A DNA stretch of 64,000 bases, from contig NC_086100.1 in assembly GCF_963921235.1 (NCBI RefSeq), forward strand, positions 199,456,001 through 199,520,000, in the 5' to 3' direction. Of the stretch, positions 10,728 to 25,109 are shown piece by piece. Position numbers and translations under genes: made by a program. Position 1 is the stretch's first letter. Every line of letters starts with the position of its first letter. This DNA comes from Mobula hypostoma. Lineage: Eukaryota. Under the pieces are notes generated by a model. It was not told where the DNA came from and did not search any database. It saw only the letters and a program-made list of their open reading frames with translations.

Positions 10728-12343
10728 ATCAGCAGAGGTTGATGTTCTGGAGCATGCTGATATTAAGGGAGAGGAGGTGTTGGAGTTGTTAAAATATGTT
10801 AGGACAGATAAGTCCCCGGGGCCTGACGGAATATTCCCCAGGCTGCTCCACGAGGCGAGAGAAGAGATTGCTGAGCCTCTGGCTAGGATCTTCATGTCCT
10901 CATTGTCCACGGGAATGGTACCGGAGGATTGGAGGGAGGCAAATGTTGTTCCCTTGTTCAAAAAAGGTAGTAGGGATAGTCCAGGTAATTATAGACCAGT
11001 GAGCCTTACGTCTGTGGTGGGAAAGCTGTTGGAAAAGATTCTTAGAGATAGGATCTATAGGCATTTAGAGAATCATGGTCTGATCAGGGACAGTCAGCAT
11101 GGCTTTGTGAAGGGTAGATCATGTCTAACAAGCCTGATAGAGTTCTTTGAGGAGGTGACCAGGCATATAGATGAGGGTAGTGCAGTGGATGTGATCTATA
11201 TGGATTTTAGTAAGGCATTTGACAAGGTTCCACACGGTAGGCTTATTCAGAAAGTTAGAAGGCATGGGATCCAGGGAAGTTTGGCCAGGTGGATTCAGAA
11301 TTGGCTTGCCTGCAGAAGGCAGAGGGTGGTGGTGGAGGGAGTACATTCAGATTGGAGGATTGTGACTAGTGGTGTCCCACAAAGATCTGTTCTGGGACCT
11401 CTACTTTTCGTGATTTTTATTAACGACCTGGATGTGGGGGTAGAAGGGTGGGTTGGCAAGTTTGCAGATGACACAAAGGTTGGTGGTGTTGTAGATAGCG
11501 TAGAGGATTGTCAAAGATTGCAGAGAGACATTGATAGGATGCAGAAGTGGGCTGAGAAGTGGCAGATAGAGTTCAACCCGGAGAAGTGTGAGGTGGTACA
11601 CTTTGGAAGGACAAACTCCAAGGCAGAGTACATAGTAAATGGCAGGATACTTGGTAGTGTGGAGGAGCAGAGGGATCTCGGGGTACATGTCTACAGATTC
11701 CTGAAAGTTGCCTCACAGGTGGATAGGGTAGTTAAGAAAGCTTATGGGGTGTTAGCTTTCATAAGTCGAGGGATAGAGTTTAAGAGTCGCGATGTAATGA
11801 TGCAGCTCTATAAAACTCTGGTTAGGCCACATTTGGAGTATTGTGTCCAGTTCTGGTCACCTCACTATAGGAAGGATGTGGAAGCATTGGAAAGGGTACA
11901 GAGGAGATTTACCAGGATGCTGCCTGGTTTAGAAAGTATGCATTATGATCAGAGATTAAGGGAGCTAGGGATTTACTCTTTTGAGAGAAGGAGGATGAGA
12001 GGAGATATGATAGAGGTGTACAAGATAATAAGAGGAATAGATAGAGTGGATAGCCAGCGCCTCTTCCCCAGGGCACCACTGCTCAATACAAGAGGACATG
12101 GCTTTAAGATAAGAGGTGGGAAGTTCAAGGGGGATATTAGAGGAAGGTTTTTTACTCAGAGAGTGGTTGGTGCGTGGAATGCACTGCCTGAGTCAGTGGT
12201 GGAGGCAGATACACTAGTGAAGTTTAAGAGACTACTAGACAGGTATATGGAGGAATCTAAGGTGGGGGCTTATATGGGAGGCAGGGTTTGAGGGTCAGCA
12301 GAACATTGTGGGACAAAGGGCCTGTACTGTCCTGAACTATTCT
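10728..12343 (+). mobile_element. 5'-truncated CR1 with an open RT frame (10777-12291)
   Basis: KSPGPDG, NYRPVSLTS, QHGFVKGRSC, DFSKAFDKVPH, KFADDTK, RPHLEYCVQFW, TRGH..FFTQR. Confidence 0.92.
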
Positions 12344-12344
12344 T

Positions 12345-12972
12345 TCATCTAAAATATAGAGCCCAAAACTGCACACAATATTCCAAGTGTGGTCTCTCCA
12401 GTTCCTTATAGAGCCTCAACATCACATCCCTGCTCTTATATTCTATACCTCTAGAAATGAATGCTAACATTGCATTCGCCTTCTTCATCACTGACTCAAC
12501 TGGGAGGTTAACCTTTAGGGTATCCTGCACAAGGACTCCCAAGTCCCTTTGCATCTCTGCATTTTGAATTTTCTCCCCATCTAAATAATAGTCTGCTCGT
12601 TTATTTCTTCCACCAAAGTGCATGATCATGCACTTTCCAACATCGTATTTCATTTGCCACTTCTTCATCCATTCCCCTAAACTATCTAAGTCTCTCTGCA
12701 GGCTCTCCATTTTCTCAACACTACCCACTCCTCCACCTATCTTTGTATCATCAGCAAATTTAGCCACAAATCCATTAATCCCATAGTCCAAATCATTGAC
12801 ATACATTGTAAAAAGCAGCGGTCCCAACACCGACCCCTGTGGAACTCTACTGGTAACTGGCAGCCAGCCAGAATAGGATCTCTTTATTCTCACTCTCTGT
12901 TTTCTGCTGATTAGCCAATGCTCCACCCATGCTAGTAACTCCCCTGTAATTCCATGGGCTCTTATCTTGCTA
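12345..12972 (-). mobile_element. CR1 RT fragment
   Basis: VPQGSVLGPLLF, KFADDTK, RPHLEYCVQFW. Confidence 0.85.
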
Positions 12973-12973
12973 A

Positions 12974-13382
12974 GGCTGACAAGGGAAATTAGGGATAGTA
13001 TCAATTCCAAAGAAGAAGCACACAAATTAGCCAGAAAAAGCGGCTCACCTGAGGACTGGGAGAAATTCAGAGTCCAGCAGAGGAGGACAAAGGGCTTAAT
13101 TAGGAAAGGGAAAAAAAATTATGAGAGAAAGCTAGCAGGGAACATAAAAACTGACTGTAAAAGCTTTTATAGATATATGAAAAGAAAAAGATTGGTTAAG
13201 ACAAATGTAGGTCCCTTGCAGTCAGAAACAGGGGAATTGATCATGGGGAACAAGGACATGGCAGACCAATTGAATAACTACTTTGGTTCTGTCTTCACTA
13301 AGGAGGATATAAATAATCTTCCGGAAATAATAGGGGACCGAGGGTCTAGTGAGATGAAAGAACTGAGGGAAATACATGTTAG
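12974..13382 (+). mobile_element. CR1 ORF2 internal fragment, near-identical to ~41090-41497
   Basis: LTREIRDSINSKEE..NIKTDCKSFYRY, direct sequence match. Confidence 0.85.
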
Positions 13383-16300
13383 TCTTTTCAAATATTTTTA
13401 TTGTATATACAGGAAAAATAATGAGTATATCGAAGTAACAACACTTACAATACCTCAAAAAAACCATTATCTTAAAGATTGAAAAAAAATTTTGTGATAA
13501 CAAAAAAAACCTACCAAGCAGAAAAGTGAGAAAAAAGAAGAACCCATTAGGTGTACAACCCCGGAGCCATGTGTCATACAAAAAGCTTCTAGAAGTAAAC
13601 ATCAAACCGCCAGCAAGAAAAGAAAATATACTAAAAAAATTTACAATTAGATCGTGGAAAAATTATATCTATTAACTCAAATGATAATAACGAGCAAATG
13701 AGCCCCATCTTTTCTCAAAATCAAATAAAGGTTCAAAGGTTCGACTTCTAATTTTCTCCAAACTAAGACATAGCATCACTTGAGAGAACCATTGTGACAA
13801 AGTGGGAGCTGATGTATCCTTCCACTTCAACAAAATGGCCCTCCTAGCTATCAATGTAACAAATGCAATAACATGTTGGTCAGACACAGAAATACCATGA
13901 ATATTTTGAGGAACTATTCCAAAGAGCATAGTTAATTTATTAGGTTGTAAATTAATTTTAAGTCCTTTAGAAATTGTTGAGAAAACCGACTTCCAGAACT
14001 GTTCCAATATGGAACAAGGCCAAAACACATGTGTCAGTGTAGCTATCTCAGTTTTACATCTATCACAATGACTATCAACATTAGGAAAGATTTTAGAAAG
14101 TCTCTCCTTTGTCAAATGATAACGATGTACAATTTTAAATTGAATCAATGAATGGCTAGCACAAATTGAAGAAGAGTTAACCAACTTCAATATCCGCATC
14201 CAATCCTCCGTCATAAAAGTCAAATTAAGTTCCTTTTCCCAATCCTGTTTAATCTTAGATAAAGGACGCTTATCCCATTGTAATAATAAATTTTAAATTC
14301 TTCCAATAGAACCCTTAATCAAAGGATTCATACTCATAATAGTATCTAACAGGTCAGCCTCCAATATGTAAGGGAAATTACTTAAATATTTTTGTAAAAA
14401 ATATCTAACTTGAAGGTATTGCGGGAAGTGTGAGTATGAAAGAGAATATTTATCAATTAATTGTTCAAAAGACATCAATCTATCTTCTTTAAATAAATCC
14501 AAAAAAGAATTAATACCTTTATTTTTCCAAAGTAAAAAATTGGATCACTCAAAGAAGGCTTAAAAAAGTAATTTTGGTAAATTAAACTACAAAGTTTAAA
14601 TTTTTTATATTAAAAAAATTGCGGAACTGGAGCTAAATTTGTAAAGAATACTTAATCACAGGATATAGGTTTAAATTAACAACTTTACCTAATTGCATAG
14701 GTAAAGGAGCTGCCAATAACGAGGTTAAATTCAGTTCCAGGTCTACCCAAATTGGCTGATCACTCTTAACAACCCAGTATAACCAAAAAGACATATATCG
14801 CGGATTAATAGCCCAATAATACATTCTAAAATTAGGCAAAGCAAGACCTCCATCCTTTTTCAATTTTTGTAAATGACATTTACTAATTCTTGGTCTTTCA
14901 TTATTCCAAATAAAAGATAAAATAATAGAATCAATCTGATCAAAAAACTTACTAGTCAAAAAAACAGGAATATTCTGAAATAAATATAAAAATTTTGGTA
15001 AAATCATCATTTTAACTATATAAATACGACCAACAAGTGAAAATGTAAGTGGACTCCATCTACTAAATAAATACTTCATAGAGTCTACTAAGGGAACAAA
15101 ATTAGCTTTATAAAGATCCTTATATTTTTTAGTAATTATAATACCTAAATATCTAAAAGAGTCTGAAACTTTAAAAGGAGTATTATCATATATAGAGACA
15201 GAATCATTTAAAGGAAACAATCCACTTTTACTAAAATTTATTTTATATTCTGAAAAACCTCCAAATTCATTAAACAATTTTAGCAAGACAGGAATGGATT
15301 TGCCAGGGTTAGATATATAAACCAATAAATCATCAGCATAAAGAGAGACCTTATGTATGGTCTCATTCACAAAGATCCCACGGATATTTTTAGGCTCACG
15401 AAGAGCAATACCAATATTAAATTAAACAACAAAGGACTTAATGGAGAGCCTTGCCTTGTGCCCCGTGAAAGCTGAATAAAAGGAGACTACAATTGTTAGT
15501 GACAACAGTAGCAATAGGGGCTTTATATATCATTTTAATCCAATTATTAAAATTAACACCAAAGCCAAATTTCTCTAAAACATTGAATAAATATTTCCAT
15601 TTGACTCGGTCGAATGCTTTTTCAGCATTCAAAGATACAACACATTGTGGAGTTTTAGAAGAGGATGAATATATAATGTTAAATAGTCTCTGAACATTTG
15701 AAAAGGAAAAGCGACCCTTTATAAAGCCTGTTTGATCTTTACAAATAATTTTACCCAAAATATTCTCCATCCGATTGGCGATTATCTTTGACTAAATCTT
15801 GACGTCAACATTCAGTAATGAAATAGGTCTATATGAAGCACAGTCAGTAGGATCTTTATCTTTTTTAAGAATTAAAGAAATAGAAGCCTCATAAAAAGTA
15901 GAGAGTAAGTCACCTTTCACAAAAGAATCCTTAAACATTTCCAACATATACGGAGAGAGCAACTTTCCAAATTTTTTGTAAAATTCTACAGGATAGCCAT
16001 CAAGTCCTGGAGACTTAACAGATTGCATTGAAATAATAGCTTTATGAATTTCGGCTTCAGTAATTTGAGCATCGAGAGCTTTTTGATCCGTAGCCGAGAT
16101 TTTAGGAAAATAATCTTTCGTAAAAAAGGCATTCATTTTAGAGGAATCTAATGGACATTGAGATTTATATAGCTCAGCATAAAAATCTTGAAAAATCTTA
16201 TTAATTTCTTCATATTCCGAGCTAAGGTACCATATTTCCTACGAATTTTTATGATTTGCCTTTTGGCTGTAGCCATTTTTAATTGAGATGCAAGCAGTTT

Positions 16301-17879
16301 ATTATATTTATCTCCAGACATATAAAATTGGCTCTTTAACTTAAGCAAATAACTTTCAATGGGATGAGTTATTAACAGGTTATATTGTGATTGAAGTTCC
16401 ACCCTTTGTTTAAATGAATCAGTATTGGGGGAAATTGCATAAATATTATCTAAATCTTTAATTTGTTTTGAAATTCTACCTAATTCTGCTTTAGTTTGTT
16501 TTTTAAGTTTAGCTGAATAAGAAATAATCTAACCACGTAAAAGTGCTTTAAATGTATCCCATATAACTAATTTAGACATACCCCCTATATCATTAAAAAG
16601 AAAAAATTCTTTTATCTGGGTTTCAATGAAAGTGACAAAGTCAGAGTTTTGCAATAATGTCTGAGACATGCGCCAAGGTGGGCGGGCGGGCAAGAGTGAC
16701 ATCATCAAATTCAAAAGACAAACTCAGAGGCACATGATCAGATATAGCAATAGCGTCATATTCGCAAGTTTTAACACTCGGCAAGAAGCGGGGATCGATT
16801 ATAATATAATCAATCCTCGAATATTTTTTATAAACGTGTGAGAAGAAAGAATATTCTGTATTATCGCGATGAAGATTCCTCCACAAATCAATCAACCCAA
16901 AATCAATCAAAAAGGAATTAATAAATGACGCGGATCGATTTGGAAGTCGAGCTCTTATCAATCATAGGATTTAAACAACAATTAAAATCCCCACCCATTA
17001 TGAGCAAATATTCATTTAAGTCAGTCTGTAAAGCAAATACCTTTTTAAAAAAAGAAGGATCATCTAAGTTAGGACCATACAAATTAACCAAAACAACTTT
17101 TCTATTACAGATTGTTCCTTTAACAATTAAAAATCTACCATTAGAATCTAATTCAATATCCTCTTGAATAAATATATTAGGTTTGATGAAAATAGACACG
17201 CCTTTTGTTTTACTCTGAGAAGTAGAGTGGAATTGCAAACCATTCCACCATCTAAAAAATCTATTTTGATCTCCCGCACTGATATGTGTCTCTTGAGCAA
17301 AAATTATATCAGGTTGGAATCGGTTAATAATTTTAAAAGTCTTCTTTCGTTTAATAGGATGATTCCAACCACGTACATTCCAATTTATTATATTAATCCG
17401 TTTGAACAGCATACTATAATTTCATTCTACTTTATACATGCACAAAGCACATACCAATACAGGATGATCAAAGATGGCGGTGATGAAGAATACAACCAAA
17501 TAAAAAAATACACATGCTCTGGAACCACCCAATGGGAAAAAACTAACTGTAAACCCACCCACCCACACCCGGGAACCAGAAAAAGGCAAGCGAACTACGA
17601 TAGAATTCAAAGCTGCTGACTGCTCCGTCTGTGTTTTCTTTCCCTCCCCCCAGTTAGTAAAAAAGTAGAGTGACCTTGTAAAAAAGACAACAAAGTCTCA
17701 GCAAAGAAAGGTACTTACATTCCATCGACTAATAAACAAGAAAGAACCAAAATATTGTTACCCCTTAGAGTGAAAAACCAGCACCATCTTTAAGTTTAAT
17801 ATTAATTTCCTAAAAACAAACTTTAAATTCAACTATAAAATGTTATCATAAAACCGAAAAAAATTATTAGTATATTTGA

Positions 17880-18083
17880 TTGGAAACGATGAGTCGACAT
17901 TGAAACTGAACCTATAAGCATTCTTCAAATCCTTCCCCCTCCTTCTTTGTTCAGTCCTGACGAAGGGTTCCGGCCCAAAACGTCGACTCATCGTTTCCAC
18001 GGATGCTGCCCGACCTGCTAAGTTCATCGAGCGTGTTGTGAGTGTTGCTTTGATCCCAGCATCTGCAGATTATTTTGTATTAA
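17880..18083 (+). mobile_element. Short PLE 3' fragment with an inverted 5' piece, inserted in the L1 spacer
   Basis: 12-bp TSD tagtatatttga (17868-17879 and 18084-18095); 17881-17898 is the reverse complement of 17982-17999; hammerhead-like motif at 17953-17988 with GAAA>AAAA. Confidence 0.75.
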
Positions 18084-18107
18084 TAGTATATTTGACCCAG
18101 CTGAGTT

Positions 18108-18572
18108 TTCCTGACATGTCTATCCACGGCCTCCTCTACTGTAAAGATGAAGCCACACTCAGGTTGGAGGAACAACACCTTATATTCCGTCTGGGTAGCC
18201 TCCAACCTGATGGCATGAACATCGACTTCTCTAACTTCCGCTAATGCCCACCTCCCCCTCGTACCCCTTGCCTTTCTCCCCGGACCTCCTGTCCCATGAT
18301 CCTCTCATATCCCCTTTGCCCATCACCTGTCCAGTTCTCGGCTCCATCCCTCCCCCTCCTGTCTTCTCCTATCATTTTGGATCTCCCCCTCCCCCTCTCA
18401 CTTTCAAATCTCTTACTAACTCTTCCTTCAGTTAGTCCTGACGAAGGGTCTCGGCCTGAAACGTCGACTGTACCTCTTCCTAGAGATGCTGCCTGGCTTG
18501 CTGCGTTCACCAGCAACTTTGATGTGTATTGCTTGAATTTCCAGCATCTGCAGAATTCCTGTTGTTTGCGTT
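18108..18572 (+). mobile_element. PLE 3' fragment (GIY-YIG C-terminus and 3' UTR) with hammerhead motif at 18434-18469
   Basis: DMSIHGLLYCKDEATLRLEEQHLIFRLGSLQPDGMNIDFSNFR*; agtcCTGACGA..GAAACGTCgact. Confidence 0.85.
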
Positions 18573-20360
18573 TTTTAAGAAACAACTAAAATAATGTTAT
18601 CTCTTAGAGAGAAAAACCAGCGCCATATTTAAGTTTAATATTAATTCCCTAAAAAAGTTTTAAATTCAATTATAAAATGTTATAATAAAACAGAAAAAAT
18701 ATATAAAAAGCCCTATTAGTCGGAAAAAACTACCAATTAGCTACCAAGTATTAAATTAAAGGAACAAATCGCCTTATCTTCTTCCCTCAGTCATAAAATG
18801 TCCAGAGATCATTTGAGCAGAGATACTTAAACCATAAATCTTTCCAAAGGAAAAGCAAAATAATATGCAATAAAGAACAACTCTCCATGTTCTTTAATTA
18901 GTCTCTCAATGGAATATACAAGTGACCTTCATAAATCTTTATTCCAAAATGCGAATAATATACAAATAGCCAAACAGCCTTTCAGATGGATCATTCAACA
19001 GCGGTGTTGGTGACAGTGGCAGGTAAAGCCTGAACGAAATCCAGTGCAGCTTTTGAATCAAAAAAGGTACGAGGAGGAGAATTAGCAGGGAAAATTTTAA
19101 TTCTTGTCGGATACCTCAAAGATGGGAAAAGATTCTTATCATATGCTTGTTTCATTACTAGGGCAAATTTTGATCTTTGTTCCATTATCTCTCTTGGATA
19201 ATCTTCGTAGAAGCGGAGCTCAGATTCCATAAATCTCAAAACTCTCTGTTTTCTTGCCCGTTGCATCATTTGATCTAAAATTTTAAAGTGATGAAAGCAA
19301 ACCAGAACAGATCTTGGTTTACTAGAGTCCTTCGATTTCGAGATAAACGCCCTGTATGCCCTTTCTATAGCAGGCGGCTTTGATAGAATGGTAGGAAATA
19401 AAGTGTGGAAAAGCTTACCAAAGTAAGCCATTAGATCTCCATCTTCAGCTCCTTCCTGCAGCCCAACAATTCTTATATTCCTTCATCGAGACCTAGTTTC
19501 CAGGTCTATAATCTTATTTTGATATCTTTCCAAACGAGTTGTAGTTTCAGACAACTTTTGCTTAGTTATCTTCAATTCCTCTTCGTGTGAAATAACTTGA
19601 GTTTCCAGGTCTTTAAGTTTTCACAGAAATGACTTCATTTCATTACTATCCTTTTCCAGTTGGTCTTTAATTGATCCATTCTGATCCTTAATTGAACTCA
19701 GTGTCCGAACGATATCTTCAGCCCACGATGGCATTTCATCAGATCTTTCCTTTTGCACCTTTCCTTTCCCATTACCTTTATCACTAGGTTCAGGTAAATT
19801 CTTCCCACTTCTTGTAGGCATAGACATATTGATCACCCTCAAGAATCAACAAGTAAAAATTTAAAATTCAGAGCTTAAACTGGGGAGAAAGAAAGAAAAC
19901 TAAGAGCAGCAGAAAAATACTGCTACTCCATTGGCAGACAGGGGCGGTCCTCTGTTTCTACTATTTTTAATGTTTCTTAGTTGTACACGTGATTTTTTTG
20001 TGTTCTATCGCTGAGCAGCAGTGAACCAACTGATTGGCCGATGAGAGTTCTCTTTGGGAACTAGTTGACTTGATCAGCATTTCTGATCTGGCAATTGTTC
20101 ACGATTGCACTTAATGAAAAAAAACCTATCACCTTCCAGCAAGCCTCCTTTCCTCATCCCAGCTTTTTAATCTGCCATCTTCCGCTTCCTTCTCAGTTCT
20201 GAAGACGGATCTTGGCCCGAAACATCGACTGTTTCTTCATTTCCAGAGAAGGTGCCTGACCTGCTGAGTTCCTCCAGCATTTTGTGCTTGTTGTTTTGGA
20301 CTCTCTTATGTGTCACATTTGTTATTGTGTTGTTGATCATCAGTTTTGTGGTTGAATAGT

Positions 20361-22722
20361 TAGAAACCATAGAAAAAACTACAGCACAGAAACAGGCCGT
20401 TTGGCCCTTCTTGGCTGTGCCGAACCATTTTCTGCCTAGTCCCACTGACCTGCACACGGACCATATCCCTCCATACACCTCCCATCCATGTATCTGTCCA
20501 ATTTATTCTTAAATGTTAAAAAAGAACCCGCATTTACCACCTCGTCTGGCAGCTCAATCCATACTCCCACCACTCTCTGTGTGAAGAAGCCCCCCCTAAT
20601 GTTCCCTTTAAACTTTTCCCCCCTCACCCTTAACCCATGTCCTCTGGTTTTTTTCCCCCCTTGTCTCAGTGGAAAAAGCCTGCTTGCATTCACTCTATCT
20701 ATATCCATCATAACTTTATATACCTCTATCAAATCTCCCCTCATTCTTCTACGCTCCAGGGAACAAAGTCCTAACCTATTCAGCCTTTCTCTGTAACTGA
20801 GTTTCTCAAGTCCCGGCAACATCCTTGTAAACCTTCTCTGCACTCTTTCAACCTTATTTGTATCCTTCCTGTAATTTGGTGAACAAAACTGAACACAATA
20901 CTCCAGATTCGGCCTCACCAATGCCTTATACAACCTCATCATAACATTGCAACTCTTATACGCAATACTTTGATTAATGAAGGCCAATGTACCAAAAGTT
21001 CTCTTTACGACCCTATCTACCTGTGACGCCACTTTTAGGGAATTTTGTATCTGTATTCCCAGATCCCTCTGTTCTACTGCACTCCTCAGTGCCTTACCAT
21101 TAACCCTGTATGTTCTACCTTGGTTTGTCCTTCCAACGTGCAATACCTCACACTTGTCTGTATTAAACTCCATCTGCCATTTTTCAGCCCATTTTTCCAG
21201 CTGGTCCAAGTCCCTCTGCAGGCTCTGAATACCTTCCTCACTGTCTACTACACCTCCAATCTTTGTATCATCAGCAAATTTGCTGATCCAATTTATCACA
21301 TTATCATCCAGATCATTCATATAGATGACAAATAACAATGGACCCAGCACTGATTCCTGTGGCACACCACTAGTCACAGGCCTCCACTCGGAGAAGCAAT
21401 TCTCTACTACCACTCTTTGGCTTCTTCCATTGAGCCAATGTCTAATCCAATTTACCACCTCTCCATGTATACCTAGTGACTGAATTTTCCTAACTAACCT
21501 CCCACGCGGGACCTTGTCAAAGGCCTTACTGAAGTCCATGTAGACAATATCCACTGCCTTCCCTTCATCCACTTTCCTGGTAACCTCCTCGAAAAACTCC
21601 AATAGATTGGTCAAACATGACCTACCACACACAAAGCCATGTTGACTCTCCCTAATAAGTCCCTGTCTATCCAAATGCTTGTAGATTCTGTCTCGTAGTA
21701 TTCCCTCCAATAACTTACCTACTACCGACGTTAAATTTACTGGCCTATAATTCCCCGGATTACTTTTTGATCCTTTTTTAAACAACAGAACAACATGAGT
21801 CACTCTCCAATCCTCCGGCACCTCACTTGTAGACAGCGACATTTAAAATATTTCTGCCAGGGCCCCTGCAATTTCAACACTAGTCTCCTTCAATGTCCAA
21901 GGGAACACCCTGTCAGGTCCCGGGGATTTATCCACTTTAATTTTCCTCAAGACAGCAAACACCTCCTCCTTTTCAATCTGTACAGTTTCCATGATCTCAC
22001 TACTTGTTTCTCTTAATTCCATAGACTTCATGCCAGTTTCCTTAGTAGATACCGATGCAAAAAACCTATTTAAGATCTCCCCCATTTCCTTTGGTTCCGC
22101 ACATAGCCGACCACTCTGATCTTCAAGAGGACCAATTTTATCCCTTACAATCCTTTTGCTCTTAATATACCTGTAAATGCTCTTTGGATTATCCTTCACT
22201 TTGACTGCCAAGGCAACCTCATGTCTTCTTTTATCCCTCCTGATTTCTTTCTTGAGTATTTTCTTGCACTTCTTATACTCCTCAAGCACCTGATTTACTC
22301 CCTGTTTCCTATACATGTCATACAACTCCCTCTTCTTCTTTATCAGAGTTGCAATATCCCTTGAGAACCAAGGTTCCTTATTCCTATTCACTTTGCCTTT
22401 AATCCTGACAGGAACATACAAACTCTGCACTCTCAAAATTTCCCCTTTGAAGGCTTCCCACCTACCGATCACATCTTTGCCAGAGAACAACCTGTTCCAA
22501 TCCACCCTTTTTAGATCCTTTCTCATCTCTTCAAATTTGGCCTTCTTCCAGTTCAGAACCTCAACCCTAGGACCAGATCTATCCTTCTCCATGATCAAAT
22601 TGAAACTAATGGTGTTATGATCACTGGAACCAAAGTGCTCCCCTACACAGACTTCCGTCACTTGCCCTAACTCGTTTCCTAACAGGAGATCAAATATTGC
22701 ATCCTCTCTAGTAGGTCCCTCT
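20361..22722 (-). mobile_element. 5'-truncated CR1 ORF2 (one frameshift near 21843)
   Basis: ORFs 21843-22820 and 20436-21842 carry CR1 linker and RT motifs; 3' tail ttctatggtttcta. Confidence 0.92.
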
Positions 22723-23514
22723 AGTTTGCATTCCAAAAACTTCAATAAAAGTATTAACTGGAGAATTGAAATCATCATACAAAAGCAATCTTGCTTAGTC
22801 ACATACCACCTTGTTAACACCCTTCGTCAGAAAACTAATGTAGATAAACATAACTTCAAAAACAATTTTATTTAACCTCCTTGAGCTTCTAAACATAGTT
22901 CACTAAACCTACTCACATCATCTTTGTCAGTGGAAATGAATAAAAGTCTTCGGGACGTAAAGGGAAGGGTGAAGATGCCAGAGTGAAAAGCTGGGGGGAG
23001 GGGAAGATGGATAGCTGGAAGATGACAGCCGGAGCCGGGTTGAGCAAAGGGCTGGAGAGGAAGGAATCTGATAGGAGAAGCGAATGGACCATGGGAGAAA
23101 GGGTAGGAGGGGCTCTAAGGGGAGGTGGTAGACAGGTGAGAAGAGTTAAGAGGCCAGAGTAGGGAATAGGGGAGGGGGAGGGATTGAGGTGGTATCCAAC
23201 TCATCATTCTCCACACCACCCCAGAATTCGCTCGTGCAGTCTGTTGGGTTTTTCTTGTTCTGGAATAATGGGGGATCTCATTGAATATTGAATACCCTAT
23301 TGAATACCAAAAGGCCTAGATAGAGTAGACACAGAAAGAATAATTCCTATAATGGGGGCGTCTAGGACCAGGAGGCATCAGGATAGCCTCAGAATAGAAG
23401 GATATCAATGAAGAGCAATTTCTTTAGCCTGAGAGTGGCGAATCTGTGAAATTCATGGCCGTGGACATCTGTGGAAGCCAAGTTATTGAGTACATTTAAA
23501 GCAGATATTGATAG

Positions 23515-24410
23515 TGTGAGGGGATCCAGGAGTGCCCCTATTAACTGTTTGGAGAGAGACATTTATCATTGATGGTTTGTTTGGAAAGGAGAGAGAGACA
23601 GAGTTATTTACCACTGATATGTTGCTTTTGAAGAGAGAGAGAGAGAGACGAAGATTAACGGTTGGACTGTTACTTTAAGGCATTGGAAGTAACTTTGGAT
23701 TTTTACTGAGTTTGGAGTTGGAGACAGCACCGAGCAGCTCGAAGGTTGCTATGGTGACTGAAGGTGGTGGACACTCGATGTTATGATTTTCAGCAGGTTG
23801 TTGATGTTACTTCCAAGGACAGGTTGCCTGCTTGTGTACTCCTTTACAGACAAAGAAAGGAGGGACTCTTTGAATGACAGGTGATACTCAGCCTGGTGGG
23901 ATAAATAGGAGGTCAGATGATACAGACCTCAGACACATGATCTGGACACTGAATGAGCATTGCTGTGCCCGCAGAGAAAGTGGGTTTTGGAGGATCGATC
24001 AGGCGGATTGATCCAAGTTGCTATTCCAGTTTGAGGAGAAGGGGTTGACTGGTGGGGAGTTGTCTATGTGTCCACCCTCTCCTGGGTGATAGCTCCACCA
24101 CAGAAAACCGGTCCCCCGGTTAAAGTCACAGTCGGTGACTTGTAAAGGATTTCGGAGGACGACGAGAAGATCAACGGCATCAGCTCAGCTGAAGACTCAA
24201 CTCACTCTCTCTCTCTCTCCATCACTACTCAACTAAATACCACGAACTGAACTGAACTGAACTTTACTCAACATACCTGTTTGATTTATCTGCATTTATA
24301 TTACTGTATTGTGTAGCTACTAATAAATATTATTAGTTGTTAGCAATACGAGACTCCAAAGTGTTTTCCATCTCTGCTGGTTCTTTATCCCTGTCACAGG
24401 GTCCGTTACA
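23515..24410 (+). mobile_element. Solo LTR (Gypsy-like or ERV), 896 bp, inserted in an old CR1 3' fragment
   Basis: TGTGAGGGA...TCCGTTACA termini, exact 4-bp TSD atag (23511-23514 and 24411-24414), internal AATAAA; host CR1 sequence resumes after it. Confidence 0.85.
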
Positions 24411-24853
24411 ATAGTTTCTTGATTAGTAAAATGCTACGGGGAGGAGGCAGAGAATGGGGTTTGAGAGGGGTAATAAATTAGCTACGATGGAATGGCAGAG
24501 CAGACGTGTTTGGTTGAACAGCCAAATTCTTCTCCTATCTCTTATGAACTTATATCTTATCAACTCTCCTCAGACTTAACCATTTGCCTGCACATAATGA
24601 ACAATTTACACTGACCAACTATCCTACCAAATTCTTTGCTTGGATGAATGTGCAAACTCTGCACAGAGAGAACAGAGGTTAGGATTGAACCTGGGTCGCT
24701 ATAGATGTAAAGTTGTTTGTGTGTCTCTCTATCACTTTGTTCTGTGCAGTATGACGTAACTCCTCAGCCCAGGAGCATGAAGAGCTCAAATGGATTTGTG
24801 TCGCATTGAATTGGAGCACAAAAGCCTATGTCCAAGTTGCCCTGTTTACTTAC

Positions 24854-24934
24854 CCAGACTGTTAATGGCTTCAGCCTGTTAACTTGCACAACCAATTCCT
24901 CCACAGTGCCTTCATCAGGATATTGTCCAGAAAC
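24854..24934 (-). CDS. Candidate orphan coding exon (VSGQYPDEGTVEELVVQVNRLKPLTVW)
   Basis: ctttgttacag acceptor, G|gtaagt donor, 81 nt, only one open frame (phase 0-0); product not recognised. Confidence 0.4.
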
Positions 24935-25109
24935 CTGTAACAAAGTGCATGAGGGCTGTTTAATGCAGGTTACCTATTTAAGGGCCTTTGGTTGCTTGAA
25001 TCATGTGGGAAATGGCTGATGCAATCTCAATTTACTGAAATTTCGATTTATAGTTTTGTTTTTCATAAATCTGTGGCTGCCTTTGTCAACTAGGTTTGTA
25101 ACAATGAAC

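Larger units (their letters stand above)
13383..19952 (-). mobile_element. Near-full-length decayed L1-clade LINE (ORF1 ~19842-18991; ORF2 ~17412-13672, frameshifted)
   Basis: ORF1 IERAYRA..PRSVLVCFH..LRFYEDY; APE NWNVRG, QETH, VNLYGPN, GGDFN, SRIDY, SDH; RT KSPGLDG, YRPISLLN, DQTGF, AEKAFDRV, LYADDL; CxxC..HVFWPC; AATAAA and A-rich 3' end. Confidence 0.9.

Noticed and set aside
19980..20120. Possible SPEF1 5' exon (ELVDL)
   Set aside because: Match too short; stop codons and no supporting motifs
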